NCBI GenBank assembly: GCA_023231475.1
Contig: JALJEE010000341.1
Span: 1-64,000, forward strand
From: Seison nebaliae
Taxonomy: Eukaryota
Direction: 5' to 3'
Length of the DNA stretch: 64,000 nt
A program made the position numbers and the translations under genes. This document shows positions 11,341-24,336 of this stretch, piece after piece (position 1 is the stretch's first letter; every line of letters begins with the position of its first letter). The notes beneath the pieces were generated by a model. The model had not been told where the DNA came from. It made no database searches and saw only the letters and a program-made list of their open reading frames with translations.

Positions 11341-14300
11341 ATGAAAGCGTTGAACTTAATTGAAAGAAATGATAACAAACGACATCATTTATTGTTAACA
11401 TCAAATGATGAGAATTGTATGAATGTTGAAAATAATTTTCATATTAATACCAAAAATAATTCTTATCAACATTTAAACAACAACAAGAATAGTAGTAATA
11501 TTGGAGCGAATTCCACCAATTGTCATTCGACCAATTTACATTATCAGCCCAGTAATGTTGGACGTTATGTGAAGAGTCGTTTCATTTCCACAAATAACAG
11601 TAGTAGCAGTGGTCATTCAACTGGTGCTGCATCATCATTGTTATCGTCTTGTTCGTCATCGGTTGGAAATGATATAAATGACTTATCCGTCTTCTCCATT
11701 TCTCCCTTAAGTATTTCATTAACACGAACCACCACTTCCACCACCACAATTACCACCACCACAATCACCACTACCACAACTACGTCTACTAACCGAAATG
11801 AGACAAATATTAACGTGGCGAATGTGAGTAGTAGGAATAATCAATCGACATCGTCGTTGAATCATTATCCGACGAATAACTATTCCAGTATTTATGGGAA
11901 GAGTCGCATCTCGTCCTCTTCTTCCTCATCATCGTCATCGACGAATAACGTAACAACACACCGTTGTTATTCAGCCAATCGTGATGTTGATGATCGTGTC
12001 TTCACTTCGGTTTTACATCAGAATACTTCGGTCGATTGTGAAAACATAAAACATTTAAGTCGTCAGACACGACCACATAACAAATCGTCACATCGTTCGA
12101 CACATCAGCAGAAACATTCGCAGAATAATCGACAACCGACACAACCTAACCATCATAATAGTCATCAATACATCCATCTACGTAACAATAGTGCTAAAGA
12201 GTTATCTTATAATCAGCGTATGTTTGCTAATCAATTGACGGAATCGTTGATCTCATATGTTCCGTCGAACAAACGACAAATTATGACTGATTCAGGAAAT
12301 GAAATTAAGAGGAAGTCTGTTCGGTCGATTGGAGAGCCGTTCGATACTTTATTATCTGATCGATTCACTTCAATACAAAATGAATCGTCTTCTTCAAGTA
12401 CGAACAATAATCTTAATAGTGATCTGATGGAAAACAACAACAACAACAATAACAATAATAACAATAGTAGTAAGTCGATTAAGGAGAATAATAATATTCG
12501 GTTAAATAATGAGAATATTGAGAGTACATCGTCGATGTTGGCGAATAACTTAATGAACTATGATCGTGAAACATTGAAATATTTATTATTAAGAGAACTA
12601 GAGAATGAGAAACATTCGTCCATCAATTACACATCGCTTATCAACCATCCTTCAGCACTCTTCTCTACTGCAGATCTTCCAACCGAACAACGTAAGTCCA
12701 TCGATCAAATTAATGATATACCTTTCAATCAATCGTTAAATCAACATTACGTAGAAAGGAAACGAAATGCTGCAGCGGCCGCCGCTGCCGCCATCGCTGC
12801 TGCAACATCTTCATCTTCTGCTTCATCCAACACTCCCATAACATCCTCCTCCAACCGAGTCACTTCTTCCAAGACAAGACGTGTATCTCGTACTTCATCA
12901 TCACGATCAGATACCAGTTCGGACACCAGTTCAGTCCGCAATGTCCGTCAGAAGAAACATTCCAAAATAAATAGTTCCATCAACCAGAATAATAAGATCT
13001 TGCCAAATCGTCAACAACATCAGCAGCCAGGTCGAAATTTCATCAAATCTAACGATATCGCTTCCACGGCAGATGAGAACAAAGAAAAAGGAAATAACAA
13101 TCAACAACAACAACAGCAACAGCAACAAACGTCTTCTCAACAGAACTCTTCCAGTACACCCATAAGTAGTAATACGAACACGAATGACACGAGTGGAAAT
13201 GGTGGTGGAAATTTGAGTGGTGGAAATGGTGGTAGTGGTGGCGGTGGTGAAGATGAGAGTAATAATAACACATTAAAATCAAATTGTAACAATAATTCCA
13301 TTGATAATAATTCAAATAAAAATTCGAAAAAGAATGGTTCTAAAGAACGAATAATGGATTCCAATAAGTCTGATAAATATTATTCCACATCCAATTCATC
13401 AACATCCACTGCAACTACAACTTCCACTGTCGTCGTCTCTATTACTCCAACGATTACGAGTGTTACTAATATCGTTCCCATTTCAACAACTACCATATCA
13501 ACTACGAAGCAACAAAATGACGTTCCCAAACAAACCAGAAATTCAAATTCGAGAACATCATCTACTAAAACGAATAAGGAAGCACGATCTTCGGGAACGA
13601 ATGGTAAATCATCATCATCAAAAGCATCAGGCACATCTTCCAGACCTTCAACCGCTCAACGATCAACTCGACAATCGACGACATCAAATAAAACATCGAC
13701 TTTCTCCTCTACCACCACACAGAATAATCGAATTCAATATGTCGGTCCATATAAACTGGAATCGACATTAGGTCGTGGTCAGACAGGTTTAGTCAAATTA
13801 GGAATTCATACTCGAACGGGACAGAAAGTAGCAATTAAAATTATAAACCGGGAAAAATTGAACGAAACGGTTTTAATGAAAGTTGAAAGAGAGATAGCCA
13901 TCATGAAATTAATAGAACATCCTCATGTTCTCAAGCTTTACGACGTGTACGAAAACAAGAAATATCTGTTTATTTATCTTAAAAATAATTCCTAACGATT
14001 TATTGTCAGGTATTTGATATTGGAACATGTATCGGGTGGAGAGTTATTCGATTATTTAGTGAATAAAGGACGACTACCACCGAAGGAGGCTCGCCGATTT
14101 TTTCGTCAATTGATTTCTGCTCTCGATTTCTGTCATGCACATTGTATCTGGTTTCATTTCCTGTTTATTTTCACCTTCATCAATATTTTCATCAGTCATA
14201 GAGATCTCAAACCAGAAAATTTATTACTTGATGAAAGTACAAATTTGCGAGTTGCCGATTTCGGAATGGCATCGTTACAAGTGGAAGGAGCTCTTCTAGA

Positions 14301-17300
14301 AACATCATGTGGTTCTCCTCATTACGCTTGTCCTGAAGTCATTAAAGTTGATTTAATTTGAAATTTCGTAATTATTTTAATTTTATATGGTCATTCATTA
14401 GGGAATCAAATACGACGGAAGGAAAGCTGATGTTTGGTCTTGTGGTGTCATTCTATTTGCATTACTCGTTGGTGCCTTACCATTCGACGATGACAACTTG
14501 CGACAATTATTAGAAAAAGTCAAACAAGGTACTTTCCACATTCCATATTTCGTGCCACCAGAATGTCAACATCTTCTTCGTCACATGGTAGAAATCGATC
14601 CAAAGAAACGATATTCAGTTCGTATAGTTTTCGTTTATCGCCATCCGATGTTGTTTGCTTCCAAAATACTTTCATTTATCTAATGAATATCTCATGAAAA
14701 ATAATATGAAAAATATATTTTCTGCCATCATTTCTGGAAGATTAATATTGAAATTTATTTTTATCCATTATTTCTTATCTAGTTAGCTGATGTTTTCAAC
14801 CATTCATGGGTTGTAGCGTAAGTGTCAAATAATTTTCTCCTTTGTCTTCCCATTTAATCCTGTTTGTATCTGGAATGTATTTCTGCGATCCTTTATAAAA
14901 ATATTTCATATTAGCGTGATCGTTACATTATCGTCAATTGTATATCATAAATTGCATGTCCTGTCATCCAAGATGTGTCTATTGTTATTGTGTCAACTAT
15001 CGAATTGTCTTTGACACATTTTAATTTTCTTTATTATATTTTAGTGGAACGAAATCCGAATTGGAATTAGAACTGCCAATGGTTGAAGTTGTTCCGGTTG
15101 GTATTCTCCTTTCAAACAATTCCATTCTCCATTTTTTTAGACGTCAATTATAAAAGAAGAAGAAATTGATCCGGATATCTTCTTAGCAATGCAATCGCTT
15201 GGTTGTTTCAAAGATAAACAGAAATTATTAGAAGCTCTTTGTAACAGGAAGTTTCTTTTGAAATTTCTATAAAAATATTCATCATTTCCATTCTTAAAGA
15301 CACAATACTGAGAAAGTCGTTTATTTCCTGTTGTTGGATAGAAAATTGAGAAATCCGTCAGCAGATGAAGCTGATGAATTTCTGGCAATTCGTAATCGAA
15401 ATAGTTCGAATAAAAATTTCCTTGTTTTTTTTCAAATTTGTAATTCGTTTCATTTCCAGTTCCTGATCCTCCGAGGAAGAGAATTGATCGGAAGAGTTTG
15501 GACAGATCGAATGTTCAAATTGTTACCAATCAATTGACTGACGGTTCTCCAATGGTTGCAAGACGTACGATGTATGTGACGCAGTTAGTTTAATGAAAAG
15601 AGAACGAATTTATTATAAATAAAATTACATTAATTTAATTTAGATTAAGAAAGAACGCCAGTGCAAATACAACTCCAATGGTATCCCCTATGCAATCGCC
15701 GATGCAATCGTCGTCGATTCAAAAATTGAATTTCAGATTATTCTCCGGTGATCAACATCATCACGCCCACCATCATCATCATACGAATGAAAAGAAGACT
15801 TCGAGTGGTAATAAATATTCGGGAGAACAGAATGTTAAGATTGGAAGAAAAGATTTAATGACAACTTCTATGTATCCGAAACAACAAGGTAAATATCAGA
15901 ATAATCATCAACATGTGAATCAACAATCATCTCAGGCACCAGCTGATATGACGAAAAGTGTAGTAGTCGAAGATCGATCTAGTATGAAATTAGTAAGTTC
16001 CGTAAATCCGACCACAGCAACTGGAACCACATCCAACATCGTCACCACATCGACCATGTCCGCAAGTAATCGAAATCAACAAACACAGAGAACTAAACCG
16101 AAAGTTGATATTGGTGGAATGGACGAGATATTGGAACAATTGGCAATAGCTCGTCGACATAATCGTGCGAAAGTTTCAGTGACAACGAATAACAAATCTG
16201 TTCTCAACACACCAGCAACATCGACAATAAGCCAGCGAAATGTTGGAGAAAATTTTGTGGATAAATTATCAAAACGATATTTGGCGATTACGACGACTGC
16301 AACGGAAAATTCGACAACAATAAATACGGAAAATGTCTCTATAAAAATAACAACAACAACAAGTTCAGGAAGAGAAACAACGACGACAGAGCAAATAAGT
16401 GAGAAGATTTTAACTGTGACAAATACAATGGATAAAAATTCGTCCGATGGAACCGTTTCCAGTACAGACCAAGTTTCCACTGGAATTATCATACAACCGA
16501 ATCAAGGAAATGCAATTTTATCCACCATTAATTCATTAACTGATCCAATAACCACATCGGTTATCATGTCGACAGCATCGAAGGATGTAACACATCAAAA
16601 AATGGTGGGAAGTGTTAACGCAATTGATAATATCGTCAGTGATAATGTCGTGTCGTTAACGAAAGAGAAAGTTGGTCAACGTGCACTTAGTTCAGATAAG
16701 ACGAATGATGAGAGTTCTCTAAGAATTGGAAAAATCAATAAAAGACCAACATCCTCAACCAAATTAATTTATTCTTCGAATAAAAATAGTTCCGATAGTC
16801 ATGGCAGCAAAACTTCGTTAACATCCACTGCCTCATCATCAACTAATCAACAATCGACCTTCAATTTCTTTTCGAGAATTTTATCGGCTGCATCTAATTC
16901 ACAGCAACAACAACAACAACAACAACAACAACAGCCAACAATTTCTTCTCATTATCCGACGAGTAAACAATCGCAAACTTATCATCAACAACATTCACAG
17001 GAACGAAATGGACATGCGACAGATACGGAGAAACCGATAAAACGAGATTCGTCTACCAATCAATGGAGATCACGTTTGCATTCATTGAAGAATTCGTTTT
17101 TGGGTACACCAAAATTCCATCGTCGTCGATTACAACCAGTCAATTCACAAGAAAGTGTTTTGTCCATCGATTCATGTTCATCTAATTTGGATTCAGATTT
17201 AGCTCTTAATAAAGGTCATGCTTATGGGAAAATTAGAACTGAAGGAAACTCTCGTGAATCTTCAATATCTTCTCATCTTGGTTCCACTAATTCCGTTACC

Positions 17301-18945
17301 TCAGTCGATAAATCTACTAATAATAAATTAGGTATTCGTTATTATTCTTCACACCAACCACCCCAACAACAACAACAACAACAACAACAATCTCATCCGA
17401 AATTGAGGAATCATGAACAAAGATTATCTCATCAACCACAACAACAATCGAATCGATATCAGAATACATCGTCGTCATTAATGAAAGTCAATTCGTCATC
17501 CAAAACTGATTTACCTTATTCCGTTTTCAATAAATCGTCACCAACACCAACAACCGTTGGGATGTTTGGTGGAATAACTTCAACCAATTCCTCAACAACA
17601 ACAACGGTGACTAGTGGACAGAATAAGTCATGTCTGAAGTCGAATGAAAAACAGTCGAAATTACGTTTTCGTACGGGAATGTCATTGAAGTCGAGTAATC
17701 AGAATTTGGGAACAAATGATCAGAAATCATTGAAGAAACCACGTCCTGAGAGTATCAGTGATACAGCGTCTTCTTCTCAAACGAAATTAGATGGAAAGAT
17801 TGAAAGGATTCCATCATCATCCTCAAAGCGATCATGGTTCCATCAATGGATTGGTGTTCAAGATGAACAACATATCATTTTAGTACGAGATCGACCACTT
17901 AATGTCATTCGGGCTGATTTACATCATGCCTTCTTATCAGTTCATTCTATTCATCTAAAAAATATCTTATCATTCTCTTTTTCAGTTACCTGAACTATTG
18001 TTCAATATGAATTCACCCACAGTCTTCTCCTGTGAATATCGACGGCAGGATCGGACATCAATGTTTAATCGATTAATTCATTTTCAAGTTGATATTCGAC
18101 CCGCCACTACAGCTGGTCCTTTAGCTTATGGTTCAGGTGTACCAGTTAAAAGTACACACGCCGCCAATATTTATTGTATCACATTCAATTTAACAACAGG
18201 TTCCTAACTTTCTTCTACTTTCCATAAAACGGTAATAAATATCGTTTTTTCATTTATCTTTCTATCATCATTAGGACCATCACGAAGATTCAAGAAACTG
18301 TGTGAAATTATTCAATCTCTCTTACAGACCAATCAGAGTTATAAATCAGATCGTAAACGATTACCTGGTGATAATCGTGATACATATTCAGGTTTGTTAA
18401 ATTATGAAAAATTTCAAAAATTAATTTCTGATATTTTAGGAAGAATTACATCAGAAACAGGAACAGCATTCGAAAGTGGAATAATAGCGGGAGGTGCGAC
18501 CAGTAATTCATCAAACAATTCTTCCACTAATAATTTAACGAATAGTGGTAGTGGTGGTAGTAGTGGTGGAGGTAGTGGTGGCGGTTTTAAATCGTCCATA
18601 ATTTCCCAACTCCAATCGATTCCTCTTGAAAGTAAGACGTCAAATGAAAAGTTAAACGATTCGAATGTCAGTAGTCGTATGAGTCGACGAATTCCGTTGA
18701 ACACAAATAGAAAAGTAAGAAAATTTTTTCCCTCCTCCACCAATTCCATCAACTCTTCCACTACTTCCAATTCGACTACTGTCACAACTGTCACAACAAT
18801 TACAACGTCATCTCTCATTTTACCCACAAGTAACGATAATCAGAATAATATTCCATCTCCACCTCCAATATCGTCACAAACTCCAACTTCACTTACACCA
18901 GAAATAACTGCCGTGTCAACATCGACAAATGTGTCAACCTCCTAA
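11341..18945 (+). CDS. BRSK: BR serine/threonine kinase (BRSK/SAD-1 family), ~13 exons
   Basis: [79 protein letters not shown]-like [40 protein letters not shown]1-like [11 protein letters not shown]...[14 protein letters not shown]. Confidence 0.95.
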
Positions 18946-19880
18946 TCATCGATCAGAGATCAATGATGATTATTCATATCCAAAAATCAGCCTCTCTCCT
19001 ATTCATTTGATGAGATTATTTGGAGAATTTCAATAATTTCTTTGTCTGTATGTCTCTTCTTTCCAGATGATCTCCTCTCAATCTCAATGGAACGACAATT
19101 CATCGGTTGTTTCCATTCCTTAACATTTTTCACCATTTTTCATCTTCTTTCCAATTATTTTATGCTCAACATCACACTCACTAGTTCGACTCATGATTAC
19201 AAATGAATCATCACTCTATTCGAGAATATTTTCGTCAATTGTCTTCACGAAATTTTGTTGACAATCAAAAAAGAATCATTTTATATTTCATCGAACATAT
19301 TTATATATTTCGTCAAATAATGTTCTTTCGGTCAACCATTCTGAATTTTTTTCCTTCATTTTTTTTATTATCCAAAAAAAAACTTTATTTTCTCCTAACG
19401 AAAATAAATCGAGAAAATTATTCCTCTCTAAAGTTCGTTAAGATTATCCTTAAAATATCCGATAAATATCCGTAAACAATCACAAGATGTCAGATGTTAT
19501 TAGAATAAAATATTAGAACTTTTATTCTGTGATTATTGGAATATTTAGAGACATTTAATTTGGCAATTATTTAAAATTATAGTTTTATTTTTCACAAAAT
19601 TTTTAAATTTTAAGGAATGGAATTTTTGAAAGATCGAATCATCTCGATTTTATTATCAACAAGATGACTAAAAGGAAATGGGAAAAAATAAAAGAAAAAC
19701 TGATTCAACTTTTCCATTTACAAATGAAAAACAATTCTCTTCATTTTCTTGTAATGTCTGAATATTTTAAAATTCGAGAAATAACCAGAAATTGAACGAG
19801 AACAACTCTATAAATTTGGTGATAATTTATTGTGGATGTTGTATTAATATTGAAAGAAAGTAATTCTTGATTGAAGATAA

Positions 19881-22800
19881 TTAATTTTGTAGATTGATGG
19901 CCGAATAAGTTGGATTGAAATTCTTCAACGTTCCACTCATTTCTATCGGATCGACGAGAGAATTATCATTAATCTTTTCTTCATTCGAATTCATTTCTGT
20001 TTGACGATTCTTCTCCATCGTATCGTTTTTCATTTCGACATCACTATTCTCCTCACTGGAAATTGTATCACCGGAATCCTGACGATTTTTAATTGGTAGA
20101 TTACTTCTGCTCATATATAAATTGTCATTATGATTTGTATAAATTGGATTAATTTGTTCACCATTTTCTTCTTCTTCTTCCTCCTCACTTGTCGATTCTT
20201 CATTATCAGTGATGTTGAAAAAATTTTTCTTTTGTACTCGATTTTCTGAACGTTTTTTCCTAATATCAAAATCATCATCGTCGTCATTTTCCGAACTGGC
20301 CTCATCAAATTCGACGAAATCTTCGTCATCTTCTTCTTCCAAATTCGTCTCGATTTCTTCTGTTTCTTCATTATAATCGGCGTCATCTTCTAAATATCCG
20401 TTTTTTATCTTCTTTTTTTGTTCTTTACTCATTTCCTCGTCTGAAGAAGAATCATCTTTCAATTGTTCCGAGATCTTTTTCATTGATTCATTCACCACTT
20501 TCCGTCTGGGTAATACTCGAGGAGATGATTCATAGAAATCTGAAGCGAACGAACTCCGAACATAAGACTCGAAATTTCTCTTTTTTCTGCGTCCAACTGA
20601 TGTGGTAGGTTCAATCGATTTTTTTTTTCTTCTTCTTTTTCCTTCATCTGAATCTTCATCATCATATCGACTATTTGATGGATAACGGTTATAATTCCGT
20701 TTCTTCATCGCTCGACCATAAGTAGAGAAGAGAATGTCGTTATATTCATCATTATTATTCTGTTGATTTTCTGATTTCTTATTTTTCTCAAATTGTTCAT
20801 TATCAATAAATTCGATCAATCCGTCACTGATGTTTGTACAAATTTTATATGTGTCGTAAAGATATGATTGTATTTCCTTTATCGAATCATTGTTCATGTG
20901 AAGAGCATCGATAATCTTCTTAATTTCTCTCGCCATCATCATCGCTTGTCTGGTGATATCTGAAATTTATTATTTATTTAATTAATTCAAAAATTTCCAA
21001 ATAATCAAACTATTGAATTTTCCATTAAAATTCCTGCTATTCTCCGTTATCTGATCGAAATCATCCAATAAATCTCTTATCGATTTATATTTATCTTCAT
21101 CAGCTTTCTTCTTCATCGTCGTCAAATCCATCGGTTTCTACCATAAAACGATTTTTAAAAAAATTCCACCAAAACTTTAAACTAACGGAAACATAATCAG
21201 GATAATATGGATAACGTACAACATCAACTGGATAATGGAATAATTCGGTATTGGGAAATGTGAAAGAAAATTTGATTACTAAAAAAAAATTATAAAAAAA
21301 TATAAAATATAAATTATTTTCTAACAAGTTTTGACAATGTAACTGAAACTCCTCAGTCGACGTGTCATATAAACGAAGACTAATGCTTTCATTTCACTTA
21401 CAATCTCTTCCACATTGGCATTAGGAGAGAAAGTTAACGACTTCACATCTCTCAACAATTTTCGTTGTTCTCGATGTAATTTTTTAAATTCTGTTCGTTG
21501 TTGTTCAACTGAAATATATTGAAAAATTTAAAGATTTCATTATCGAATTAGAATTTTAACTGAATTCTTCTTTCGTTACTTCTTCGGGTTGACTTTTTCG
21601 AATTTCCATTTCCTCTTTCTCCTTCCTCAATTTCTCCGCTTCCAACAACAATTCATTTTGGACTTTTTTTAATTTCTTCAATTTTTTCATTCGTCTCTCT
21701 CGCAAGAATTGTTTCTAAAAAAAAAAAAATAAAAAATTTTTAAAATATTTAAATTGAAGATAACTTGTTTCTGAAAGAAATCGGGGAGAAGATTAAGGAA
21801 ATTGTGTTGGAGGAATTCATGAAGTTTATGATCACTTTTCTTGGACGAGGAGAGAAGTCGATCATCTAAATCATTCCAATCTTTCATCGTTCGACAACAA
21901 CATCTCCATGTTCGTTTGAGATAATTGAAGGGTGGTGGACGTCTCTTTAGGATGGAAGTCGTTCCATTTTCAGCTAAATCGTTATCATAAATTGGAGTTT
22001 CGGGTGGAATGAATTGTTGATAATATAATCTCGTTCCACCGAAATACCAGTAATAAGACCAAGATGAATCGATCATAATTGGTTCGATTTGAAATTTCTC
22101 ATTAACTGATTGATCAGTATCGGTGGAGGAAGAAACTTTCGTAAATAACATCTCACATATCTCATAAAGACATTTTACTTTCTTTTCTAATGATAATTCG
22201 TACCAGGAAATCTTTCCACAATCACGACAACATTTCATTTGTTCCTCATAAATTATTCGAGTTGTATTCCAATCGCTATTGAAAATTGAGAGTGAATGAC
22301 TAATGTGATTATAAGTTAGAAGTAAATCTGTTCGTACTTCGATCTCCTTCTCTACAATAACAATGTCGATTTTTTTCTTTTTCTTCTTCTTCGAATTGAC
22401 TTTCATCTTTTTTTTTCCTTTTTCAATCGTTGTATTTTTCACCTTCTTTTCAATTTGTTTCGATTCCTGCAATTTTTTCAGTCGACTTGATACACGTCTT
22501 TCTCCATTGAAAGAGATGGGTAATGATTTCCGAGATCGATCGGTACCAGTTTTTTTCTTTAATGGAATTCGTTCATCAAAACACACGTCATCTTTCCTTC
22601 CCAATTTTATAATTTTCTCGTTTTTCGTTTGTTTAGGAGAAATAGTTTTTTTCAATTCATCCGAATTCATTTCATTGTCTATTTCTTCTTTGATCGTTTG
22701 AGGTGGTTGTTCTTCTTCTCCCGAATTACTTTGTGCACATTCGATTAATTCTTCTTTTAATTCTATTTTTTCAGCGATTTCATTCGATATCGATTCTTCT

Positions 22801-23426
22801 GGCTCTTCTTTTAATTTTCTTCTCTTCTCTTTTGAACAATCGTTCTTTACGTTCTCTTCTTTCACTAAATTCTGAATTTCTTTATTTTCATTTTCCTTCA
22901 CTTCCGTCACCATTTCATTTCCATCATCATCATTTTTTTTCACAGGAACATTATCTTTAATTTGAATTTTATTCAGTTTTTTTGATGGGTCATTTATCGA
23001 ATATACTTTATCATATCGTCGTGCCATCAAATAAACAATAGTATTGACATAATTACAAAGTGTGGGAGACTCAATACGGGAATTGCCCAATCTCAATCCT
23101 TTCAACATTTTCACTAATAAATTTGCAATAAAAATACTTTTATCTTCATGCTCTTCATCTTTCAATAATTCATCTTCTAATAAATCGATATCAATTAAGG
23201 GTAAATTATATCGTTTATAAAATCGACCGACGAACGTCACAATATAAGGCATTCGCCATTCGTCTTCTAAATATTTTCGATTTCTTTTGAATTTATTCTT
23301 GTGATGAAGTGAGGAGGATGTGGTGGAGTTAGTGGAAGATGTAGATTGAGAAGGAATTAATTTCATTTGCGTATCTTCACACGTGTCTGAAGTGGTGTGT
23401 ATAGTGGATGGATCATCATTCATCAC
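19881..23426 (-). CDS. CECR2: CECR2-like chromatin remodelling subunit (DDT/WHIM-type N-terminus plus bromodomain), 6 exons
   Basis: EWRMPYIVTFVGRFYKRYNLPLIDIDLLEDEL, IEPIMIDSSWSYYWYFGGTRLY, TWRCCCRTMKDW. Spliced bromodomain FHYPVDVVRYPYYPDYVS|KPMDLTTMKKK...KYKSIRDLLDDFDQITENSRNFNG. Confidence 0.82.
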
Positions 23427-23916
23427 AAATAACTGGTCGACATTCGTACAAATATCTTTTCAAGCTCAAACTTCACCCAAAGACTATTTTGGATTTTTAT
23501 AAAATTATGTTAAAGTTTTTTTATTCCCGATCAATTGTGAGAGAAGGAAATTATCCCACAATTATAAATGTCAATTACTCGTCTTCTTTTGAAGAGAAAG
23601 AGAGAGAGAGATTAACAGTTTTTTTATTTAAAATCTATCGTAAATTTTGAGCTACAATTTTCAAATTATTTAAATTCATCTTCCCATAAAGCACATACAC
23701 AATCGCTTTGTTAAACCTAGAGCAGAATTACCAAACTGGGAAGTTAAGAGAAGATTAGCAACATGTGAAAATTTGGTGAATTCCAAATAGTTCTACTTAA
23801 CTTCATTTCCACATTTCTGATTTTCAAACTTTCACAACTTCCTTAAAATTCGAAATAAATAATTTCTTTTTTCCAACTTAAGCTTACAGAGATCTGAATC
23901 ATAAGGTTATGTATTG

Positions 23917-23930
23917 GTTACCATGGTTAC
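23917..23930. promoter_or_regulatory. RFX X-box-like motif GTTACCATGGTTAC
   Basis: Near-palindromic match to the X-box consensus GTNNCCATGGNAAC in intergenic DNA. Confidence 0.55.
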
Positions 23931-24336
23931 GGTGTCTACTTTTAATATAAACATTGCAATGCAAAGATTTATTCAGTATTCAACATCATCTAGTTCCATC
24001 TAGTAGATAATAATTTCGAACATAACCAAGATAAGAGAATTGACACTATATAATATATTTTCATTCACAAATGGTTTAGCGTGTGATTTAAACACCTTAC
24101 GTATTTTAAAGCATCATACACAATTACAAGAATAACCAGACGATAAATATACTACATTTTTGTGAATACAGGAAAGTTACCTGCTGTATATGCAGTTTCG
24201 TTTTTGAGAAAGTAATGGCGGAATATTGTACAATATTAAGGAAGACTAATTGATTAAATTTTTTCATTAAATTAAAAATATTCATATATTATGTTCATTA
24301 CACAATTAATTATATTTTATGACTATTTATACATTT

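Noticed and set aside
14915..14932. Possible 18-nt frame-preserving microexon with downstream TGCATG in the 227-nt BRSK intron
   Set aside because: Weak donor and no homology support; cannot be called without RNA-seq
12231..18827. Several antisense ORFs rich in L/V within BRSK
   Set aside because: Reverse-strand read-outs of AAC/CAA/ACA trinucleotide tracts
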